Shown here: one piece after another, positions 8,847 to 17,323 of the stretch
How the letters are laid out: every line of letters begins with the position of its first letter
Position numbering within the stretch: the stretch's first letter is position 1
From: Deltaproteobacteria bacterium
Lineage (GTDB): Bacteria; Desulfobacterota; Desulfobaccia; Desulfobaccales; 0-14-0-80-60-11
Assembly: GCA_016875015.1 (NCBI GenBank)
Contig: VGSJ01000005.1
Coordinates: 848-64,847 of the forward strand
Direction of reading: 5' to 3'
Length of the DNA: 64,000 nucleotides
Translations under genes and position numbers: made by a program
Notes under the pieces: model-generated
What the model saw: only the letters and a program-made list of their open reading frames with translations
Told to the model about the DNA's origin: nothing
The model's database searches: none

Positions 8847-9443
8847 ATGGCCCACCTTTCAGTAATTCTGGCTCATCCCCGGCACGGCAGCTTCAACCAC
8901 GGCATCGCCGTCACCGTAGTGCATACCTTAGAGACCCAGGGGCATGAGGTCCGGTTCCATGACCTCTACCAGGAAAACTTCGACCCCATCCTGCAGGCGC
9001 CGGAACTCAATGGGGAGGCCTACCTGCACCCGGGCCTGGCGCGGCACTGCCGGGAGATCGCCCAGGCCCAAGGCATCGTCATTGTCCATCCCAACTGGTG
9101 GGGCCAGCCGCCGGCCATCCTGAAGGGCTGGGTGGACCGGGTGCTCCGGCCGGGGGTGGCCTACCGGTTTAGGGAAGGGGACTCCGGCGACGGCGTCCCG
9201 GTGGGGCTGCTTCAGGCTAAGGCCGCAGTGGTGTTCACCACCTCCAACACCCCCCGGGAGCGGGAACTGGCAGTCTTCGGCGACCCCCTGGAAACTCTTT
9301 GGAAAAACTGTATCTTTGGGTTGTGCGGCGTCCCGCGCTTTTTCCGCAAAAATTTCGCCGTGGTTGTGACCAGCACCCCCGCCCAGCGGCAGGCCTGGCT
9401 TGAGGAAGTGCGGGAGATGGTGGGCATCTTTACCCCGGCCTGA
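8847..9443 (+). CDS. Flavodoxin-like-fold NAD(P)H dehydrogenase (quinone) family protein
   Basis: MAHLSVILAHPRHGSFNH... and HPNWWGQPPAILKGWVDRV match the Flavodoxin_2/NQO-type pattern. The start was chosen at ATG 8847 inside track ORF 8814..9443. Confidence 0.7.
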   Translation: MAHLSVILAHPRHGSFNHGIAVTVVHTLETQGHEVRFHDLYQENFDPILQAPELNGEAYLHPGLARHCREIAQAQGIVIVHPNWWGQPPAILKGWVDRVLRPGVAYRFREGDSGDGVPVGLLQAKAAVVFTTSNTPRERELAVFGDPLETLWKNCIFGLCGVPRFFRKNFAVVVTSTPAQRQAWLEEVREMVGIFTPA

Positions 9444-9541
9444 TCTTAGGGCCTGTCATCAATTAACTCTGATATGGTGGATCATCAGCACGAATCCTTG
9501 ATCTTGGCTGAAAGCTGACTGCGGATCGCTAGTTTCATGAG

Positions 9542-9576
9542 AAAAGCCCTGGGGAGGCTCACTCACCAGGGCTTTT
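9542..9576. terminator. Bidirectional hairpin terminator between convergent genes
   Basis: AAAAGCCCTGG (9542-9552) pairs with CCAGGGCTTTT (9566-9576). An A-run and a T-run flank the stem. Confidence 0.5.
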
Positions 9577-9625
9577 CCCTGCAATCGCTTAGAAGGCTAA
9601 ATCCGGTTTTCCTCTGGCCGGCTGG

Positions 9626-10006
9626 TTAGCCGGGCGGAGGCCCGTAATAGGGGGCCGGCTGATAATTACCCTGCTGAGGCGGCTGGTAATACCCCTGCGG
9701 TTGCGGCTGGTAATACCCCTGCGCCTGTGGCTGATAAGGGGTTTGGGATTGCCCGTAGACTGCTCCGGCCACGCCGCCCCCGGCACCCCCGAGCAGGGCG
9801 CCGATAGCCGCCCCCCTCCAGGGATTCGAGTGATTGATGGCGGCTCCCAGGCCGGCCCCCAGGGCTGCACCCAGACCCGCGCCCGTGTACAGGCTGGGAT
9901 TTTGACTCGGCGTGGCGCATCCTGTGAGAAAACTCAAGCCCAGCAGAGCCAAAAATATCATCTGCTTTCCCAGGCGCAGGCCCCAAAAGCGTTGTTTTCC
10001 GTTCAT
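9626..10006 (-). CDS. Glycine-zipper lipoprotein with a Q/Y/P-rich repetitive C-terminus
   Basis: Start ATG 10006 (GGGAGGGAAGATTC upstream). Signal peptide plus lipobox LTGC, a GxxxG-rich segment, then the tail QPQAQGYYQPQPQGYYQPPQQGNYQP. The longer track ORF (to 10327) is an unsupported extension. Confidence 0.7.
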   Translation of the reverse strand: MNGKQRFWGLRLGKQMIFLALLGLSFLTGCATPSQNPSLYTGAGLGAALGAGLGAAINHSNPWRGAAIGALLGGAGGGVAGAVYGQSQTPYQPQAQGYYQPQPQGYYQPPQQGNYQPAPYYGPPPG

Positions 10007-10137
10007 GAATCTTCCCTCCCAAGGGATTGGTTGGTGCATTTGAATAGTTAGAACCGCGCCAGGGGAAAACGTTAAGGCGTTACCGTTGGGGGGAGAAAAA
10101 ATCGCGGGCGATTGAAAAAAAAGTATAAAGCGGACCG

Positions 10138-10755
10138 TTAGAGTTTGAGAACCGGCAGCAGGTCCAGATGGGACTGCAGGTGGTAACGGGCTTTTAGCCC
10201 CGGGTTTTTGTAGGCCGCGAAGGGGACTCCTGCGGCCGCGGCCACCTCCTGGTCCAGGGCGGCGTCGCCGATGTACAGAGCCGCCTCCGGCTCCAGCCGG
10301 AATAGGGTGAGAATTTTTTCGAGGCACTCCGGATGCGGCTTGGGCCGGGTGACATCGTAGGCCGAGACGGTCTGATCGAAGAGGTCATCCAGCCCCAGAG
10401 TCCGGAGCACCAGGGGCAGGCTTTTGCCCCGGTTGGTGGCGATGGCGGTCAGGTAGCGGGACCGAAGCCGGATAAGCACCTCCCGGATATTCGGCTCCAG
10501 ACGGATGAGGGGCAGGAACGGGTCGTTGTTGATGGTCTTCTGATAAGCCTGCGCCGCTTCCCGGCTCGGATGGCCCTGGAAGAGATAATCGATGGCTCCC
10601 TGGGCGGTGCTGACGTGTACCACCTCCATCTGCGCCTCGGTCAGGGGATTGAGCCCGAAGCGGTCCAGGATGTGGTTGTAGAAAGCCCGGTTGGATTCAC
10701 GGGAATCGATCAGGACCCCGTCGCAGTCGTAGATGATTACCTGGCGCAAGCTCAT
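10138..10755 (-). CDS. HAD-superfamily hydrolase (phosphoglycolate-phosphatase-like)
   Basis: Motif I IIYDCDGVLIDS; later motifs ATNR and YIGDAALD. Confidence 0.8.
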   Translation of the reverse strand: MSLRQVIIYDCDGVLIDSRESNRAFYNHILDRFGLNPLTEAQMEVVHVSTAQGAIDYLFQGHPSREAAQAYQKTINNDPFLPLIRLEPNIREVLIRLRSRYLTAIATNRGKSLPLVLRTLGLDDLFDQTVSAYDVTRPKPHPECLEKILTLFRLEPEAALYIGDAALDQEVAAAAGVPFAAYKNPGLKARYHLQSHLDLLPVLKL

Positions 10756-10865
10756 TTTCTATCCGTCATTTTCTTAGCGAAGGAGGATTGTCCCTCATTT
10801 TGGGCAGTGGGTCATTTTGAAATTTTATAAGAGCGCTAATCGGGATAAAGGGGGCTGGGAGGGGA

Positions 10866-10924
10866 GGTTGAGGAGAGGGCAGGGGAATTGGCTTACGAAA
10901 AATCCCCCGGCCCTCCCCGCAACC
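10866..10924. repeat. Long GC hairpin with a conserved CTTACGAAAAA loop (family R4), just downstream of apgM
   Basis: GGTTGAGGAGAGGGCAGGGGA ... TCCCCCGGCCCTCCCCGCAACC, with the loop containing CTTACGAAAAA (10892-10902). Related copies lie at 12774-12838 and 22315-22363. Confidence 0.6.
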
Positions 10925-10932
10925 ATCTTGAC

Positions 10933-12132
10933 TCATTTTCCCTTTTCCAGCAGCCGCGCCAGCAAATCGGCGCCCTGGTCCAGGAGCAGGCCGGTATTTT
11001 TAGCCGCGGCCTCGCTGTAGGGCCGGGGACGGTCAGCCGGGGTGCGGGAATCATAGAGGATGAACGGCACCGGCTCCGGGGTGTGAGTGCGCCGCGAGAG
11101 CGGCGTGAAGTGGTCGCAGAGCACCAGGAGGCGGTAATCCCCCTGCTGATCCAATCCCGCCACCATCGGCCCCACCACCTTGGCGTCGAAGTCCTCGATG
11201 GCCTGAAGCTTGAGTTGCAGTTCGCCGCTGTGGCCAGCTTCATCCGGGGCCTCCACATGGACAAAGACCAGGTCCATTTCCTTGAGCGCGGCAAGCGCCG
11301 CGGCCACCTTGCCGGCGTAATTGGTGTCCAGGAAACCCGTGGCCCCGGGGACTATGATGGGCGTTAGCCCGGCATACTTGCCGATGCCCCGGATGAGGTC
11401 AACCGCCGAGATCACCGCGCCGGTGAGGTCGAAGCGTTCTTTAAGGGTGGGCATGTGGGGGGGCCGCCCCTGCCCCCAGAGCCAGATGGAGGTGGCCGGC
11501 TTTTTGCCGGCCGCGAGGCGCCGGCGGTTGATTTCGTAATCCTTCAAGATGGGCCAGGAGGCCCGGACCAGGTCCCACAAGGGTGCGGCGGCGCCCGTGT
11601 CCATCAGGCGCCCCACCTCCTTGCCGGTCCAGTCGTGGGGCGGGTAGGTGCGCCAGGCGGCGTCCCCTTCGTCCCACACCAGGAGGTGCCGGTAACTAAC
11701 CCCAGGGTAGAAGCGGCGTCCCGCCTGGCCCAGGGCTGAATCCAGTACCTGGATGATCTCCCGGGCTTCCTCACTGGTGATGTGCCCGGCGGCATAGTCC
11801 TCCATGATGAGCTTCGAGTCCTCGTGGCGCAGGGTCACCAGGTTGCAGCGAAAGGCCACCTCCGCCGGCCCCAGGTCCACTCCCAGGGCCGCAGCCTCAA
11901 GCGGCGCCCGGCCGGTGTGGTAGCGCTCCGGATCATACCCCATGATGGCCAGATTGGCGATGTCGCTGCTCGGCTCCTTGCCCGGGGGGATGGTGCGGGC
12001 GCAACCCAGTTCGCCCCGCCGGGCCAGTTCATCCATAGAGGGCGTTTTTGCCGCCTCCAGCGGGGTTTTGCCACCCAACTCGGGGATAGGATAGTCCCCC
12101 ATGCCGTCGCCGACGAGAATAACGTATTTCAT
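10933..12132 (-). CDS. apgM: Cofactor-independent phosphoglycerate mutase, archaeal type
   Basis: MKYVILVGDGMGDYPIPELGGKTPLEAAKTP..., VHVEAPDEAGHSG; 399 aa. Confidence 0.85.
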   Translation of the reverse strand: MKYVILVGDGMGDYPIPELGGKTPLEAAKTPSMDELARRGELGCARTIPPGKEPSSDIANLAIMGYDPERYHTGRAPLEAAALGVDLGPAEVAFRCNLVTLRHEDSKLIMEDYAAGHITSEEAREIIQVLDSALGQAGRRFYPGVSYRHLLVWDEGDAAWRTYPPHDWTGKEVGRLMDTGAAAPLWDLVRASWPILKDYEINRRRLAAGKKPATSIWLWGQGRPPHMPTLKERFDLTGAVISAVDLIRGIGKYAGLTPIIVPGATGFLDTNYAGKVAAALAALKEMDLVFVHVEAPDEAGHSGELQLKLQAIEDFDAKVVGPMVAGLDQQGDYRLLVLCDHFTPLSRRTHTPEPVPFILYDSRTPADRPRPYSEAAAKNTGLLLDQGADLLARLLEKGK

Positions 12133-12335
12133 AGGTAAACCTGACCTTTACGCGACAGAGTGAATAGAGACCCGCCTCCGGGAAACCCAGGGCTGAGGGC
12201 GTATCGTTTATAATAACTGGAAGGGCCCCGGTGAGGCAAGGTGTCAGGAGGAAACCGGGGTAATTTGTGCGGCGAGGACGCACCTAACCCTCAGGCCTCT
12301 TGGCGCCGCCGGTCATCCTGATCCGGACGAACGGC

Positions 12336-12611
12336 TCACGCCTCGGGCGGGCGTTGCCCCACAGCGTGCTTGATTTCCGTCAGGGTCTCGTTGATGCGGA
12401 AGATGACGATTAAGATTTCGCAGTAGATTCTCACGACGATCGGCCCCAAAATTATTATCATGATGCCCTTAAAAACATGGCGGGTCATCAGGTGATCACC
12501 GCTAAAAATCGAAACCAAGCCGACGATAAGGCAAGTGATGGCGCCGATCCAGAACAGAATCTGGATGATGACCGGGGTGACCATGGTGCGGAAGGCCCAG
12601 AAGTCGCTCAT
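12336..12611 (-). CDS. DUF4282-like small membrane protein
   Basis: MSDFWAFRTMVTPVIIQILFWIGAITCLIVGLVSIF... has two TM helices. The start was chosen at the internal ATG 12611 of track ORF 12336..12647. Confidence 0.55.
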   Translation of the reverse strand: MSDFWAFRTMVTPVIIQILFWIGAITCLIVGLVSIFSGDHLMTRHVFKGIMIIILGPIVVRIYCEILIVIFRINETLTEIKHAVGQRPPEA

Positions 12612-12773
12612 AAGAATCTCCTTGTGCGGCAGGAATGGGTGCCCCAATTATTATCCATAATTAGTGCCGCGTGCTCTGCTTGTCGACCGGCATCGCAATT
12701 TTCTTTAATGTTTAAGGCCGCGAGAGAGCTGCCGGCGAGACGCCGGGGCCTGTCACAGGGGGTTGGGAGGGGC

Positions 12774-12838
12774 GTTTGAGGGGAGGGCGGGGGACCCTTA
12801 CGAAAAACGAAAAACGTCCCCCGGCCTTCCCCTCAAAC
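12774..12838. repeat. Family R4 hairpin (22-bp stem, CTTACGAAAAA-containing loop) downstream of hom
   Basis: GTTTGAGGGGAGGGCGGGGGAC (12774-12795) pairs with GTCCCCCGGCCTTCCCCTCAAAC (12816-12838). The loop is CCTTACGAAAAACGAAAAAC. Confidence 0.6.
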
Positions 12839-12849
12839 TATCCGTTCCC

Positions 12850-14175
12850 CTAAATCTGGGCCGCGTGGAGGTGGGGGTCCTCAATGCGGTAAAACACCGT
12901 GGGCGGGGACACGACGGGCAACTGGTCGATCTCGGCCATGGCCTGGCGGGCGTCGGCCTCCCGGGCTTCGTAGGTGATCATGACGATGGGCACCGTACCC
13001 GCCACTTCCCGGCCCTTCTGGATCACCGCGGCGATGCTGATGTTGTGTTTGCCCAGGATGCCCGAGACCTGGGACAGGACCCCGGGCCGGTCCAGGGCCG
13101 AAAACCTGAGGTAGTAGTTGGTCACCAGGTCGTTGATGGGTTTGATGAGCCGCCGGGTGCTGAGCGCCGATTCCCACCCCAGGGCCGGCACCCGGCCGGG
13201 GACCCCGTGCCGGAGATTGCGGGCCAGGTCGATGAGGTCGCTCACCACGGCGCTGGCCGTGGGCATCATCCCGGCGCCCTGCCCGTACAGGAGGACGGGT
13301 CCCACCGCGTCCCCGGTGAGGTACACCGCGTTCATGGCGCCGCCCACGTTGGCCAGCATGTGGGTCCGGGGGACCAGGGTGGGATGGACCCGGGCCTCCA
13401 CCCGGTGGCCGTCATCCCGGGTAATGGCGAGAAGTTTCAGGCAGTAGCCGAATTCCCCGGCGAACTGCAGGTCCAGGGGGTTAAGCCGGCTGATCCCCTC
13501 CACCGCGATGGATTCCAGGTCCAGTTGGGACCCGTAGGCCAGGCTCATGAGGATGGCCAGCTTGTGGGCGGTGTCGATCCCTTCCACGTCCAGGGTGGGA
13601 TCGGCTTCGGCGAACCCCTGGGCCTGGGCCTCGGCCAGGGCCTGGGCATAGGAGGCGCCGCTTTGGGTCATCTGGGTGAGGATGTAATTGGCGGTGCCGT
13701 TCAAGATGCCGAACAGCTCCCGGACCCGGTTGGCGGTCAGCCCCTGGCGCAGGGCCAAGATGATGGGGATGCCGCCGCACACCGCGGCCTCAAACGCTAC
13801 CTCCACGCCGGCGGCCGCCGCCGCGGCGAGGAGATCGTTGCCGTGGTGGGCCAGCAGGGCCTTGTTGGCGGTGACCACGTGTTTGCCCCGGGCGATGGCC
13901 GTAAGGACATAGTCCCGGGCGGCGTCGGTGCCGCCGATGAGTTCCACCACGACATCGATTTCCGGGTCATCCAGGATATCTTCGGCCCGGGTGGTGAGGC
14001 AGTTCCCCGGCAGCGCCACGGGCCGCGGCCGGTCCAGGTCCAGGTCCGCCACCTTCTTCAGGATCAGCGGAGACCCCAGACGCCGGGCCAGCAACTCCCG
14101 CTGCTCGGTAAGCAGGCGCGCCACGCCGCACCCGACGGTGCCCAAGCCGATCAGGCCGATGTTAATGGGTTTCAT
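12850..14175 (-). CDS. hom: Homoserine dehydrogenase
   Basis: Start ATG 14175 (MKPINIGLIGLGTVGCGV, NAD-binding GxGxxG), with a C-terminal ACT-like region. The 88 upstream codons of track ORF 12850..14439 are translated repeat DNA (GGMRCAFPPYGA occurs twice). Confidence 0.9.
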   Translation of the reverse strand: MKPINIGLIGLGTVGCGVARLLTEQRELLARRLGSPLILKKVADLDLDRPRPVALPGNCLTTRAEDILDDPEIDVVVELIGGTDAARDYVLTAIARGKHVVTANKALLAHHGNDLLAAAAAAGVEVAFEAAVCGGIPIILALRQGLTANRVRELFGILNGTANYILTQMTQSGASYAQALAEAQAQGFAEADPTLDVEGIDTAHKLAILMSLAYGSQLDLESIAVEGISRLNPLDLQFAGEFGYCLKLLAITRDDGHRVEARVHPTLVPRTHMLANVGGAMNAVYLTGDAVGPVLLYGQGAGMMPTASAVVSDLIDLARNLRHGVPGRVPALGWESALSTRRLIKPINDLVTNYYLRFSALDRPGVLSQVSGILGKHNISIAAVIQKGREVAGTVPIVMITYEAREADARQAMAEIDQLPVVSPPTVFYRIEDPHLHAAQI

Positions 14176-14246
14176 ATACCTCTCAAAATACTTCCCCCGA
14201 ACCCCGGCGCCAAGGTCTTCACGTCTGTATTCCGGGCGCATTTCTT

Positions 14247-14398
14247 CAGCCCCGTAGGGCGGGAAAGCGCAGCGCATCCCGCCATGAGCATTTCCCTGGT
14301 TCCCAAGTGCAACTTGGGAACCAGCCCCGTAGGGCGGGAAAGCGCAGCGCATCCCGCCATTAGCATTCACTGGTTCCCAAGTACAACTTGGGAACCAG
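14247..14398. repeat. Tandem duplication (about 75 + 74 bp) of a composite two-hairpin REP unit
   Basis: Each unit is CAGCCCCGTAGGGCGGGAAAGCGCAGCGCATCCCGCCAT.AGCATT...GGTTCCCAAGT.CAACTTGGGAAC. The copies start at 14247 and 14322 and differ at a few positions. Confidence 0.8.
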
Positions 14399-14407
14399 AG
14401 GTGATTT

Positions 14408-15622
14408 TCATTTCTCCGGGGCGGGCAGGCCCAGTTCATCCAGGCTTTTTTTCAGGACCTGGCGGAAGCCCCGGATGGCCTGGTTGGTGCGATGCACGTT
14501 CTCCACCAGGGCGAAGCGCACGTATTCGTCGCCGAACTCCCCGAAGCCCAGCCCCGGGGCCACCGCCACCTTGGCCTCCCGGATGAGCATCATGGCGAAT
14601 TCCACCGAGCCCAGGTGCCGGAATTTTTTGGGGATGCGGGCCCAGACGAACATGGTCCCCTTGGGCGGGTCCACCCGCCAGCCGATGTTATGCAGTCCCC
14701 GGCACAGGGCGTCCCGGCGCTCCTTATAGACCGCCACGGTCTGCTCCACGCAGTCGTAGGGGCCGTTCAGGGCGATGATGGAGGCGATCTGGATGGGCTG
14801 GAACACCCCGTAGTCCAGGTAGCTCTTGATGCGGGTCAGGGCGTGGACCAGGCGCTGGTTGCCCACCACGAACCCCATGCGCCAGCCGGGCATGTTGTAG
14901 CTCTTGGAGAGCGAGAACAGCTCCACCCCCACCTCTTTGGCCCCGGGCACCTGGAGGAAGCTGGGGGCCTTGTAATCGTCGAAGACCAAGTCGGCGTAGG
15001 CGAAGTCGTGGATGATGTACACGCGGTATTTCTGGGCATACTCCACGATGCGCTTGAAAAAATCCAGGTCCACGCACCGGGTGGTGGGGTTGTGGGGGAA
15101 CGAAATGATGAGCATCGTGGGCCGGGGCCGGATAAGTTCGGTGATGTTGGCCAGGTCCGCAAAAAAGTCCCGGTCGGGGCTCAGGGGGATGCTCACCAGT
15201 TGCCCGCCGGAAAGGACCACGGAGGCGGAGTGGATCGGATAGGTGGGGTTGGGCACCAGCACCACGTCCCCGGGCTCCACCGTGGCCAGAATCAGGTGGG
15301 ACAGCCCCTCCTTGGCCCCGATGGTGGCGATGGCCTCCGTCTCCGGGTCGATGTCGACGTCGAACCGGCGTTTATACCAGTCGGAAATGGCCACCCGCAG
15401 CTTGGTAATCCCCCGGGAGGCCGAGTAGCGATGGTTGGCGGCCTTGCCCGCGGCTTCGGTGAGTTTGTCCACGATGTGCTGCGGCGTGGGCAGATCGGGG
15501 TTGCCCATCCCCAGATCGATGATATCCTCTCCCCGGCGTCGGGCCATCATCTTCAGGGCGTTGACCGTGGCAAAGACATAGGGAGGCAGACGTTTCATCC
15601 GGGGGAATTCTTCAATGACCAT
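14408..15622 (-). CDS. Class I/II PLP-dependent aminotransferase (alanine/aspartate aminotransferase-like)
   Basis: [43 protein letters not shown] (PLP lysine motif). It sits directly upstream of hom on the same strand. Confidence 0.85.
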   Translation of the reverse strand: MVIEEFPRMKRLPPYVFATVNALKMMARRRGEDIIDLGMGNPDLPTPQHIVDKLTEAAGKAANHRYSASRGITKLRVAISDWYKRRFDVDIDPETEAIATIGAKEGLSHLILATVEPGDVVLVPNPTYPIHSASVVLSGGQLVSIPLSPDRDFFADLANITELIRPRPTMLIISFPHNPTTRCVDLDFFKRIVEYAQKYRVYIIHDFAYADLVFDDYKAPSFLQVPGAKEVGVELFSLSKSYNMPGWRMGFVVGNQRLVHALTRIKSYLDYGVFQPIQIASIIALNGPYDCVEQTVAVYKERRDALCRGLHNIGWRVDPPKGTMFVWARIPKKFRHLGSVEFAMMLIREAKVAVAPGLGFGEFGDEYVRFALVENVHRTNQAIRGFRQVLKKSLDELGLPAPEK

Positions 15623-15832
15623 GCGGATCTCCTTAGGGCTAACGGGGCGGTATCTCCAAAGAATTATTATCCCAAAGCCCCCGAGTTGTCAAATGGGGAA
15701 TTGGCCGGTGGCCGGGAAAGAATGGCCCGGACGGGGGAGAGCCCTGCCGCGCCCCCTGACGGGCGCGAGCCGTCATCCCGGCTTTGCTTCCACCCGGCCG
15801 CCCCGGAGCGCCCGGGCCGCTCCGGGGCCCTT

Positions 15833-15934
15833 ATACCGTGTTCCCTTTGAAATGAAACAAACCATCCAGATAACCTATTGATATCTCTCGTAGGGGCGGG
15901 TTTCAAACCCGCCCCTACAAAACGAACACGGTAT
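15833..15934. repeat. MITE-like unit: 11-bp perfect terminal inverted repeats enclosing a palindromic GTAGGGGCGGGTTTCAAACCCGCCCCTAC hairpin
   Basis: ATACCGTGTTC (15833-15843) and GAACACGGTAT (15924-15934) flank the hairpin at 15890-15918. Confidence 0.45.
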
Positions 15935-16165
15935 TATGTGCGTCCTCCCCAGGCTCCCCCGTCGGGGAGCAAACCCCGAACCCCTAATTCATGGATTCGG
16001 AACCCCTAAATCAGCTTTTCCCTTATTGCTCTTAACCTTATTTGGGATTATTTATCTTTATAGTTCAGAAGCCGGATGGCAACCTGATTCATTCCCCATT
16101 GAGACCCGAGCAACCCGCGATACAGCATTCGGCTCAGCAATATCCGGCGTGGACAAGGGGTATGC

Positions 16166-17197
16166 ATGGATATCCTGGAGCCAATTCTCACCCTGATCCC
16201 CAAAAACCTCCTGGACATCATCACTATCCTCTGGATCATCTGGTTCGCCGGGTTGGCGCTGGGGCTTGTCGTCTCCACCGTATACAGCTGCCGGAACCGG
16301 CGGACCTTAGCCCGGCTCAGCCAGAGATATGAGCAGGCCAAGCGGCGCCGAGACGAAGGCGCGATTCAATTTGAACTTGATCCGGAGCGAATTAAAAACA
16401 CCCTGCTCTGCCGGGAAGCCGAACTGAGCGGGGATGCCGAGAGAATGGGGCTGGACTTTGGGATACTGGGGGTGCTGGAGGATTTCCGGGGCAGAATTCA
16501 GCAAAGGCTGGCGGATCTCCCCGCCACGCACCATGAACTCTTGGACCGGCTCCAGAATATTTATGTGGCGCTGGACGTCTTTAAAGATTTGTGCGGCCCG
16601 GACCAACTCTCCCTGGCCCGGATGGCCCTGCAGCGGGGGTCAACGGGAAAGGCGGCGGCTCTGTTGAAACGCGCCCAGTCTCTGGGCAATCAGCACGCAG
16701 CCGAAGCCTCGGGTTCGCAGTTGGCCGTGGCCAGGAACAAAAGGCTGACCGCCGGGGCCGCTTTTTTCCTCGGACAGTTGGCAGAAATTGATTTCGACTA
16801 CTTCACGGCGACGCAATATTATCAACTGGCCGCTGACTTGCAGCCCTCCAACCTCACGTATTTGAAGGCCGCGGCGGAACTTTCTTACGCCTTTGAGGAA
16901 TTCCATGAAACCGGACAGTTGCTTGAGCAGGTGTTAAAAATCCAGGAAAGATTGCTGGGACCGGAACACCTGGACCTGGCTCAAACTCTGAACAACCTCG
17001 GCGTCCTGCGTCATACCCAGGGCCGGCATGCTGAGGCTGAGGCATTTTACCTGTGGGCTCTGGAGATCTGCGAAGCCCAGCGGTATCCCCAGGACCAGGA
17101 TGCCGTCAACCTGATGCAAAATTATGCCGCGTTCCTGCAGGAGGTCGGCCGCCACCACGAGGCTGACGAGGTCAAGGCCCGCACCGCGATGGCCTGA
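16166..17197 (+). CDS. Membrane-anchored tetratricopeptide-repeat protein
   Basis: N-terminal TM helix (IITILWIIWFAGLALGLVVSTVY). C-terminal kinesin-light-chain-type TPRs (LAQTLNNLGVLRHTQGRHAEAEAFYLWALEI). Confidence 0.75.
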   Translation: MDILEPILTLIPKNLLDIITILWIIWFAGLALGLVVSTVYSCRNRRTLARLSQRYEQAKRRRDEGAIQFELDPERIKNTLLCREAELSGDAERMGLDFGILGVLEDFRGRIQQRLADLPATHHELLDRLQNIYVALDVFKDLCGPDQLSLARMALQRGSTGKAAALLKRAQSLGNQHAAEASGSQLAVARNKRLTAGAAFFLGQLAEIDFDYFTATQYYQLAADLQPSNLTYLKAAAELSYAFEEFHETGQLLEQVLKIQERLLGPEHLDLAQTLNNLGVLRHTQGRHAEAEAFYLWALEICEAQRYPQDQDAVNLMQNYAAFLQEVGRHHEADEVKARTAMA

Positions 17198-17323
17198 ACC
17201 CGGGGTCAACCGGCCTCCCAATTTCCCCCCGCCGGTCAAGCTTCAAATTGATCTGGAGGCCGCCGGCCGGTGGTGCGTAAGACGCACCCTTCTATCTTAA
17301 AGGCGGCGTAGGCGAAATATGCT

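Noticed and set aside
14247-14398. Possible CRISPR array
   Set aside because: There are only two directly abutting units with no unique spacers. The units are hairpin REP modules found singly elsewhere, and no cas genes are present in the window.
12763-14586. 607-aa + strand ORF
   Set aside because: It is antisense to homoserine dehydrogenase and the repeat array. The composition is G/P/H/V/Q-rich and low-complexity, typical of mirror-frame ORFs in GC-rich DNA. The opposite strand has clear enzyme motifs.
14492-15850. 452-aa + strand ORF
   Set aside because: It is antisense to the PLP aminotransferase, has no motifs, and shows the same GC-driven artefact.
15667-15906. 79-aa minus-strand ORF starting MKPAPTRD
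   Set aside because: The start is inside the palindromic GTAGGGGCGGGTTTCAAACCCGCCCCTAC repeat, and the rest is P/G/R-rich intergenic sequence.
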